Under the pieces are notes generated by a model, which was given only the letters and a program-made list of their open reading frames with translations, made no database searches and was not told the origin of the DNA. DNA of 24,000 nucleotides from Bacteroidota bacterium. Its GTDB lineage: Bacteria; Bacteroidota; Ignavibacteria; Kapaibacteriales; UBA961. Position numbers and translations under genes: made by a program. This document shows, piece after piece, positions 17,586 to 24,000 of the stretch (positions within the stretch are counted from its first letter, which is position 1; every line of letters starts with the position of its first letter). Where the stretch lies: contig RGCF01000005.1 of the NCBI GenBank assembly GCA_009919265.1, forward strand, positions 35,032 to 59,031, in the 5' to 3' direction.

Positions 17586-18041
17586 ATGCAACCCATCACA
17601 TCTATCCTCGTTCCAACTGATTTTTCATTACATGCTATAAAGGCACTTGATTATGCCAAAGATTGGGCAAAACAATGGTCAGCAACCATTCACCTCATCC
17701 ATGTCATTGAACCAGTTATATTCCCAATAGATTGGGGTTATACACCTGTTGATCTAAGCGATGTAGAAAAGGAATATGGGAATGCTGCAGAAATCGAATT
17801 AAGAAAAACAGTTGAATCATTACATAATGAAGGGTATTCAGTAATCCCTCAAATCATACATGGCAGCAGATCTTCTGACGAGATAATCCAATATGCTAAA
17901 GAACATCGGATTTCCATTATTTGCATTGCAACTAATGGTAGAGGTGGAATGGAACATTTCTTATTGGGTAGTACTACTGAACGCGTAGTGAGGAAAGCCC
18001 CGTGCCCTGTTTTAGTCATTCGACCAAATGCTACTTCTTGA
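17586..18041 (+). CDS. Universal stress protein (UspA family)
   Basis: 151 aa with the typical ILVPTDFS N-terminus and the nucleotide-binding region ATNGRGGMEHFLLGSTTERVVRKAPCPVLVIR. AGGA lies 9 nt upstream of the ATG. Confidence 0.9.
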   Translation: MQPITSILVPTDFSLHAIKALDYAKDWAKQWSATIHLIHVIEPVIFPIDWGYTPVDLSDVEKEYGNAAEIELRKTVESLHNEGYSVIPQIIHGSRSSDEIIQYAKEHRISIICIATNGRGGMEHFLLGSTTERVVRKAPCPVLVIRPNATS

Positions 18042-18924
18042 TTCTTCCAACAAATATTCTCGTGGCAAGCCAATGTTTAATTGCTATTGCTACTTTATGA
18101 ACCGTCGAAACTCGTATCTGCTTGGAGAATACATCAAAATCATTCAATTCAATCTTTTCTAATAGACGATAGTAAATTGCATCCATAATTTCAGCTGCAA
18201 TCATGGAATTGCGTTCATCTGGTCTCAAGGCTGTTCTTGCTTTATGATAATATTCCCTGGCTCTTCTTGTTTGAAATCTCATGAGCTCAATGAATTGTTC
18301 ATTATAACGCTCATTCATTAAATCTTCTTCTGTATACTTAAACCTTCGTAAATCTTCTTTTGGTATGTAAATATATCCTCTATCTTTATCTGCTTTTAAA
18401 TCACGTAGAATATTTGTGAGTTGCAATGCATAACCGAGATTTACGGCATATTCTTTGGTTTCTTCATATTTATATCCAAATATCTCTATGCACATCAGAC
18501 CAACAATTCCCGCTACTCCATAACAATATTCTTTCAATTCTGAAAAAGACTCATATCTTTTCTGTTTAAGATCTCGTTCACATCCATCTATTAAAGTCAA
18601 GAAATATTGTTTAGGTATTGAAAACCTGCGAATTGCTGATTGAAGAGGTTTTAAAAATGTTGAATATGTTCCACCTGAATAGAGCTCATTTATTTCTGTT
18701 CTCCATTTGGTTAGTCTTTTTCGCTTTTTTATAATATCTTCAGAAGTTCCCTGATCTTTCTCATCAACAATATCATCTATTCTTCTACAAAAAGCATAGA
18801 CAGTATGAATTGCCTCCCTTTCATCTTTCGGTAGAAAAGTGAAAGAATAATAGAAATTAGTCTTACTCTGATTAGATAAATCAACAGAGTAATCAATTTC
18901 TGCAATATCTGAAGAAGATCTCAA
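18031..18924 (-). CDS. hpnD: Squalene/phytoene-synthase-family enzyme, HpnD-like (presqualene diphosphate synthase)
   Basis: FYYSFTFLPKDEREAIHTVYAFCRRIDDIVDE (first Asp-rich motif) and NILRDLKADKDRGYIYIP (second motif). No in-frame ATG precedes the conserved core, so the TTG at 18924-18922 is the likely start and overlaps the upstream gene's TGA (TTGA). The HpnD-versus-CrtB call rests mainly on the adjacent HpnC-like gene. Confidence 0.7.
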   Translation of the reverse strand: MRSSSDIAEIDYSVDLSNQSKTNFYYSFTFLPKDEREAIHTVYAFCRRIDDIVDEKDQGTSEDIIKKRKRLTKWRTEINELYSGGTYSTFLKPLQSAIRRFSIPKQYFLTLIDGCERDLKQKRYESFSELKEYCYGVAGIVGLMCIEIFGYKYEETKEYAVNLGYALQLTNILRDLKADKDRGYIYIPKEDLRRFKYTEEDLMNERYNEQFIELMRFQTRRAREYYHKARTALRPDERNSMIAAEIMDAIYYRLLEKIELNDFDVFSKQIRVSTVHKVAIAIKHWLATRIFVGRIKK

Positions 18925-19874
18925 TGTCTAAATACTATTGTTGGAAGAAATATGAAAAATTTAAATCCAAGTTTTACATAATCAGATACTACCAATTGCT
19001 GTCTTTGATAAGGTATTACTTCTATTGAAGCAATTACCTTTTTAAGCATCATTGTCCCGGAAAGATATATGAGTAATAATTCGCAACGCAATCTGAAACT
19101 TGTTACTGTTTTAAGTAAGTTTTTTGAAGTTTTAAATTGTTGAATTGTAGCATGCACAAATTGAGTCAAAGATGATGAAAAATTAGGAGTTATTTCTCCA
19201 TTAGCCAAATAGTTTTCCACATCCTTGTACAGAAAAGTGTCCTTTGGCGGGATATAGCATCTGTTCTTTAGCCTATCTAAAGACATATCTTGCAAAAAGT
19301 TTGTCATTTGCAACGCAGTACATAATGCATTCGATGAGATTTTCGTTGAGGAGTCCCAATTAGCATAGAGACGTAGCAACAATTCTCCAATGGGATTTGC
19401 TGAATTAGTACAATATGTGAGTACATCATCCATTGTTCTCATTGGTTGGAAATGCACATCCGACATAAATGCTGTCAGAAGTCTTTCAAATGGCTCCAAA
19501 GGCAATGCAGTTTGATGAAACAAGTACGATAAACTCATCCATAGTGGATTTGTTCCTTGATATTCCCCATTGTGACATACTGAGGCAAAATGATGCATTA
19601 ATGAAAGTGCGTAATCGGCTTTTTCTGAACCATGTTCAAGTGAATATTCATCAGCTATATCGTCTGCAATTCTACTAAATGTATAAATGACAAGTACATG
19701 ATCTCTTAGTGGGGCAGGTATTAGAAAAGATGCAACGGGAAAATTTTCATAATGACTCTTTGTAAGACGCTTACAGAATTGCAGTGCATCTTGTATTGAG
19801 TTAGTGGCTAAAGATCCACCATGGGAAGTACAAGCCAATTCTACTAGCTGATGTTGATGAAGTATAGATATCAT
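18921..19874 (-). CDS. hpnC: Squalene/phytoene-synthase-family enzyme, HpnC-like (hydroxysqualene synthase)
   Basis: SHYENFPVASFLIP...VIYTFSRIADDIADE and TNFLQDMSLDRLKNRCYIP. The ENFPVAS motif, and QD instead of RD in the second motif, are characteristic of HpnC. Start reassigned to the ATG at 19874 (MISILHQ...), because the track's 19910 start translates through the ppiD terminator hairpin. Confidence 0.7.
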   Translation of the reverse strand: MISILHQHQLVELACTSHGGSLATNSIQDALQFCKRLTKSHYENFPVASFLIPAPLRDHVLVIYTFSRIADDIADEYSLEHGSEKADYALSLMHHFASVCHNGEYQGTNPLWMSLSYLFHQTALPLEPFERLLTAFMSDVHFQPMRTMDDVLTYCTNSANPIGELLLRLYANWDSSTKISSNALCTALQMTNFLQDMSLDRLKNRCYIPPKDTFLYKDVENYLANGEITPNFSSSLTQFVHATIQQFKTSKNLLKTVTSFRLRCELLLIYLSGTMMLKKVIASIEVIPYQRQQLVVSDYVKLGFKFFIFLPTIVFRH

Positions 19875-19882
19875 ATGTAAAC

Positions 19883-19907
19883 AAAAAAGCCCGCTTGAGC
19901 GGGCTTT
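19883..19907 (-). terminator. Rho-independent terminator of ppiD
   Basis: The minus strand reads AAAGCCCGC-TCAA-GCGGGCTTT followed by further T residues (TTTTTT in total after GCGGGC). It starts 4 nt after the ppiD stop codon (19911-19913). The GC-rich 6-bp core stem is extendable to 9 bp. Confidence 0.8.
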
Positions 19908-19910
19908 CAA

Positions 19911-22097
19911 TTAATCACGGAACAGCTTGCCTCGATTATCTATAATCTCAGCTTTTTCTTTAAGCGCATTAAACCATTGATTATAAGCAGGTGATGCTGC
20001 TTGAGATGTTAATGTCATTTGCAGTTGGGGTTTTGCACTAGCAAAAGCCTTCATATCAACATCAGCTCTTTGAAGTACCTGATAGATATACCAACCATTT
20101 TCACCTTGAATTGGAGCATTTATCTTATTTAATGGAGCAAGCAATGCCATCTGAGTCAATGCAGGTTCATTTCCAGCACCATCAACAAGACCATTATTAT
20201 GAACTTTAGAAACGGTTTTTACCTCTATCGTTGGGTCGAATTGTGTAACTGCAAAAAGTCGATCTGAATTCTTCAATTTCTGATAAATGGCCATTGCTTT
20301 CTCTTTCAGCAATTTCATTTTCTTCTTTGCAATTACTTTTTTAGCAAGATCTTCTTTCATGTCATCAAAAGGGACCATACCGGCATCTCTTTTACCGGTA
20401 ACTTGTGCTATGACTATGCCATAAAATTTCAACTCCATTGGTTCTGAAATTGAACCAACTTCATTGGAAAAGGCAAAACTGGTTAATGACTGAGAGCCAA
20501 GGACAGGCATTTGAGTATCAAAGAACATGGTTTCTACGACATTCTTTTTGATTTTCTTAGCAATAGATTCCATGCTTTGTCCATCATCAAGTTGTTGCTT
20601 AAATGACAAAGCATCTCTTCTGAGTTGTTTTTTTGTATTCATTGTCAATGCAACAGTGATCATGATTTCACTATACTTAATTTCTTCTGAAATTTTATCT
20701 GCTACTTTTATAATATGATATCCAAATTGTGTTTCAACAGGTCCAACAATTGAGCCAGGTGCATTATTGAAACAAGCATCTTCAAAAGGTTTGACCATTT
20801 GCCCTTTTGGGAAATAGTCATATTCTCCGCCTCTATCTTTTGATCCATTATCCTGCGAATATTCTTTTGCCAATGCCGCAAAATCTTCGCCTCTTTTAGC
20901 TCTTGATAGTATTTGTGAAGCAAATGCTTTCGCACTATCCTTATTCGAACCAAAATTAATGAGGATATGACTAGCCTTCACCAATTGATTAACACCAGAT
21001 CGTAAACTATCTACTCTATAGAGAAATGTTCCTGCAGGTGTTGCAAGTGGACCGATAATATCACCTTGTTTTGCAGTTGAAAGTACAGAAGATACTTCAG
21101 GTGCTAAATTCTTAACTGGTTGATAATCTTGTTGTGTTCCGGAATACTCAGCAAAATACAGATCAAATGCAGCAAGTTTATCTGCTGGTGTCAAAGCTTC
21201 ATTCAATGATTGTTGAATTCTGGCAATCTTCTTCGATGCAGCCAAAGTATCCTGCTTGGACGGTTCAAGCGGGAATGTTACATATTTAATCTTTCTAGAT
21301 GGCTTTTGCTTAGAAAATTCTTTTACAGCATCATATTCAGCTTGCAATTCTTGATTTGTTGGTTTCCCAATACTTTTAGCATCTACATTATTGATGTTGA
21401 ATTGAATATAGTCGAAATCAAATGTAGTGCCATCATTCACATATTTGTTTTTCATATATGCAGGTGAAATGATGGATGCTGAAGTACCAGCCGCTCTGCG
21501 GAAATGTTCAACCAAGCGAGACTTGTACATGAATTCTTCAATCTTTAGCAAACTATTTTTGAACTTAGCAACTTCCTCAGCAGGATCAACTGACTGCGGA
21601 ATCATTCCGGCTTTTTTCCCAGCAGCAATGTTCTGAGAAATAATGTCGGGATTTGTCATTACATCTAAGTAGGCCTGTCGATTGAATTTACCGGCACTAT
21701 CAGTGAAATTTCTGGTTAAATATTCTGGCGGACTGTCGAGCATCATATCCAAGACTTCATCTTGTGTAACTTTAATACCGGCAGCTTCGCCTGCTTGACG
21801 AATTAAGATCTCTTCTACAAATTGATCCCATACTGCTTGGCGAATGGTATTTTCATCGACTTCTGCTTGAGGATTTTGCTGCCTTTGCATGTCAGATTGC
21901 TCTTTCACACGTTGTTCAAATTCCAAATAACCGATTTCCTCACCATTGACCGTTCCAACTACATTTGCAGTAGCAGAGGAACTATTGAATAATGTTCCGA
22001 GATTAGAATCAGATGCGACCATGAAGGCGATGAATGAAACAACAAAAATCACCAACATGTACGGGGAAATATCTCGCATTCGTGAGATGATACCCAT
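19911..22097 (-). CDS. ppiD: Periplasmic chaperone / peptidyl-prolyl cis-trans isomerase PpiD-like
   Basis: N-terminal membrane anchor (ISPYMLVIFVVSFIAFMVA), a SurA-N-like region (VNGEEIGYLEFEQRV...) and a parvulin PPIase domain (VKASHILINF...GEDFAALAKEYSQDNGSKDRGGEYDYFPKGQMVKPFEDACF...GSIVGPVETQFGYHIIKV). 728 aa. Confidence 0.85.
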   Translation of the reverse strand: MGIISRMRDISPYMLVIFVVSFIAFMVASDSNLGTLFNSSSATANVVGTVNGEEIGYLEFEQRVKEQSDMQRQQNPQAEVDENTIRQAVWDQFVEEILIRQAGEAAGIKVTQDEVLDMMLDSPPEYLTRNFTDSAGKFNRQAYLDVMTNPDIISQNIAAGKKAGMIPQSVDPAEEVAKFKNSLLKIEEFMYKSRLVEHFRRAAGTSASIISPAYMKNKYVNDGTTFDFDYIQFNINNVDAKSIGKPTNQELQAEYDAVKEFSKQKPSRKIKYVTFPLEPSKQDTLAASKKIARIQQSLNEALTPADKLAAFDLYFAEYSGTQQDYQPVKNLAPEVSSVLSTAKQGDIIGPLATPAGTFLYRVDSLRSGVNQLVKASHILINFGSNKDSAKAFASQILSRAKRGEDFAALAKEYSQDNGSKDRGGEYDYFPKGQMVKPFEDACFNNAPGSIVGPVETQFGYHIIKVADKISEEIKYSEIMITVALTMNTKKQLRRDALSFKQQLDDGQSMESIAKKIKKNVVETMFFDTQMPVLGSQSLTSFAFSNEVGSISEPMELKFYGIVIAQVTGKRDAGMVPFDDMKEDLAKKVIAKKKMKLLKEKAMAIYQKLKNSDRLFAVTQFDPTIEVKTVSKVHNNGLVDGAGNEPALTQMALLAPLNKINAPIQGENGWYIYQVLQRADVDMKAFASAKPQLQMTLTSQAASPAYNQWFNALKEKAEIIDNRGKLFRD

Positions 22098-22163
22098 TGT
22101 ATACTCCTAAAGCTTAGACGAAAATTGTAATTCAAGGTCAAGTATGAGACCTTAGATAAACGG

Positions 22164-22171
22164 CAAAATTA
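22164..22171 (-). promoter_or_regulatory. Candidate -7 promoter box (TAATTTTG on minus strand) for ppiD
   Basis: Plus-strand CAAAATTA is the reverse complement of TAnnTTTG. It lies 67 nt upstream of the ppiD ATG (22097). Confidence 0.3.
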
Positions 22172-22298
22172 GGCCAAAAACACGAGAATTCCAACCCTGA
22201 AATTGCCAATTATAGCCATCAATAGAGACTTTATTATCCATGAGGCTAAAGGATATGTCAACTCGCCTATTTTTCCGCTCATGTCCTGAGAAATTGGG

Positions 22299-22306
22299 TA
22301 ATTTTG
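22299..22306 (+). promoter_or_regulatory. Candidate -7 promoter box (TAATTTTG) for the OsmC-family/aminopeptidase pair
   Basis: Exact TAnnTTTG match 31 nt upstream of the ATG at 22337. It is the same octamer as the divergent ppiD box. Confidence 0.3.
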
Positions 22307-22336
22307 CCTTAAACTTTTAGTATGTGAGTACTTATC

Positions 22337-22750
22337 ATGGTTTCAATATCTCTTGTATATGAAGGCGATCTAAGATGCCGAGCAGTTCATGACCCTTCCG
22401 GAAATTCATTGTTTACCGATGCACCTATAGACAATAAGGGAAAGGGTGCGAGTTTTTCACCAACTGATTTACTAGCCACTTCCTTGGGTGCTTGCATGTT
22501 AACTATTATGGGTATTGCCGCTGAAGCACGAAATATGAATATCAATGGGACAACCGTTCATGTTGAAAAACATATGATAAATGAACCGGTACGACGTATC
22601 GGAACACTTAATGTCTCTATAATACTACCTGAAAAAGAATACACAGAATCTGAAATGAATGCCATGCATCATGCAGCAAAGAATTGCCCAGTAATGATGA
22701 GCATACATCCTGATATTAATGTTAATTACACTTTATCTACGGCTCAATAA
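22337..22750 (+). CDS. OsmC/Ohr-family (peroxiredoxin-like) protein
   Basis: 137 aa. GKGASFSPTDLLATSLGACMLTIMGIAAE carries the first conserved Cys and AAKNCPVMMSI the second (CPV), with the typical OsmC-fold spacing. Confidence 0.85.
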   Translation: MVSISLVYEGDLRCRAVHDPSGNSLFTDAPIDNKGKGASFSPTDLLATSLGACMLTIMGIAAEARNMNINGTTVHVEKHMINEPVRRIGTLNVSIILPEKEYTESEMNAMHHAAKNCPVMMSIHPDINVNYTLSTAQ

Positions 22751-24000
22751 TGATGTATTTATTTACTTTTATCTTGATCTTTTTCCTGCAATTTTCTTTG
22801 CATGCTCAATCAATTTGGAATACAAAACGATCAGCATGGCAGAGTATAGAACCAAAAGATCGCGAAAACATAGAAAACTATATTGATGGATATGCTTCCT
22901 ATTTGGATAAAGCCAGAACTGAATTATCATCTACTAAGGAATTCATTGATCTTTTACGTTCAGAGGGTTTTGCCTTGTATTCAAACTCTACCCAAATCAA
23001 GAAAGGAGCAAAACTCATTTTCAATAATAGAGATAGAGCATTGATCGCTGTTATCATTGGTGAACAATCCTTGATCAAAGGGAGCAGACTCATTGGGGCA
23101 CATCATGATAGCCCAAGAATCGATATCAAAGCAAGGCCTCTTTATGAACAGGACGGATTTGCCCTTTTACAGACTATCTATTATGGTGGAATAAAAAAAT
23201 ATCAATGGGTGAATATTCCTTTAATGCTATCCGGAAGAATTGACAAGAAAGATGGAACTACAGTTCAAGTGGAAATTGGTAGAAAACCTGATGATCCCAT
23301 TATTATCATACCAGATGCTGCACCACATGTTGATTCACCGTTACGGAAAAGAGAATACACAGGCGTGATGGAAGGTGAAGAAATGGACCCAATTATTGGA
23401 TCTATTCCCGATCAAAAAAATTCCATTCTCAATACTGTTATGAATGTCCTTTCAACATCATACAATTGTACTGAAGAAGATCTAGTAAGTGCCGAACTCC
23501 ATATTACTCCTGCAATTGGAGCAAGAGATATTGGTTTAGATCGCTCACTAATCGGATCCTATGGACAGGATGATAGATCGTGTAGTTATGTTGCTATTCG
23601 CGCATTGATGGGTATCGAAAAAACTCCCGATCTAACAGCATTTGCATATATAGTTGATAATGAAGAAACAGGAAATGTCAATAATACTGGCGCTGCATCA
23701 ACTTTTCTTAATAAAGTCTATGGAATCATTTCAGAAGCACAGGCAGGTAAAGATTTTTCTGAAAATATGACAAGGCAAGCGCTGACTGCAGCAAAAGTTA
23801 TCTCAGCTGATGCCAATGATGGAATTAGTCCACTCTTTCCCGGATTGTCTGAAAAAACTAATGCTGCCAAATTAGGTTTTGGTCCAAGTATAAAACGATA
23901 TGGTAGATCATTCGATGCGAACTCTGAATTCACAGCATGGATACGTAATCTTTTAGACAAAAAATCCATTCCATGGCAAACAGCTTCGTATAAAGTTGAG
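22750..24000 (+). CDS. M18-family aminopeptidase (aminopeptidase 1-like), secreted, 3'-truncated by the window edge
   Basis: Absent from the ORF track because it has no stop in the window. I translated frame 1 from the ATG at 22750 and found 417 codons with no stop. The ATG overlaps the OsmC stop as TAATG. Signal peptide MMYLFTFILIFFLQFSLHA/QS. M18 motifs are present: IGAHHDSPRIDIKARPLYE, TIYYGGIKKYQWVNIPL, IIIPDAAPHV, GSYGQDDRSC, VDNEETGN. Confidence 0.8.
   Translation, partial: MMYLFTFILIFFLQFSLHAQSIWNTKRSAWQSIEPKDRENIENYIDGYASYLDKARTELSSTKEFIDLLRSEGFALYSNSTQIKKGAKLIFNNRDRALIAVIIGEQSLIKGSRLIGAHHDSPRIDIKARPLYEQDGFALLQTIYYGGIKKYQWVNIPLMLSGRIDKKDGTTVQVEIGRKPDDPIIIIPDAAPHVDSPLRKREYTGVMEGEEMDPIIGSIPDQKNSILNTVMNVLSTSYNCTEEDLVSAELHITPAIGARDIGLDRSLIGSYGQDDRSCSYVAIRALMGIEKTPDLTAFAYIVDNEETGNVNNTGAASTFLNKVYGIISEAQAGKDFSENMTRQALTAAKVISADANDGISPLFPGLSEKTNAAKLGFGPSIKRYGRSFDANSEFTAWIRNLLDKKSIPWQTASYKVE

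Noticed and set aside
22134-22153. Hairpin AAGGTC-N8-GACCTT, plus a 26-codon ORF (MRLKDMSTRLFFRSCPEKLGNFALNF, about 22241-22321), in the 239-nt ppiD/osmC divergent region. Considered as a small RNA or small protein.
   Set aside because: The stem is only 6 bp with no U-tract. The short ORF has no ribosome-binding context and overlaps the putative osmC promoter. Divergent promoters alone are enough to explain the size of the gap.
1-24000. CRISPR arrays, tandem or interspersed repeats, rRNA genes, insertion sequences.
   Set aside because: Reading through the window I saw no periodic direct repeats and no long non-coding stretches (the largest gap is 239 nt). The only internal nucleotide similarity I noticed is between paralogous domains: the two sigma-54 AAA+ cores, and hpnC/hpnD.

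Overview
Densely coded, AT-rich chromosomal window with about 20 genes and no large non-coding gaps. It probably comes from an FCB-group bacterium (Ignavibacteriota/Bacteroidota-like). Supporting this are a T9SS C-terminal sorting domain, weak Shine-Dalgarno usage, and TAnnTTTG '-7' boxes in front of several genes. Gene order: 5'-truncated NtrC-type sigma-54 response regulator; 1162-aa secreted T9SS cargo with a glycine-run domain; tRNA-Pro(GGG) with a bidirectional terminator; a tetR / TonB-dependent receptor operon (minus strand) with a perfect 16-bp palindromic operator; clpS; small membrane ORF; Ppx/GppA-HD phosphatase; patatin-Omp85 fusion; a co-directional block of membrane rhodanese, sensor-less sigma-54 activator, RavA-like MoxR AAA+ ATPase, ViaA-like VWA protein and USP; hpnC-hpnD squalene-synthase-like pair (minus); ppiD (minus); OsmC-family protein; and an M18 aminopeptidase that runs off the 3' edge and is missing from the ORF track. 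I saw no CRISPR array, integrase, transposase, or recognisable toxin or nuclease effector. The best candidates for something undescribed are the rhodanese/EBP/MoxR/VWA/USP block and the ALK/LTK-like glycine-rich T9SS protein. All family assignments come from motif reading by eye and need HMM or structure confirmation.
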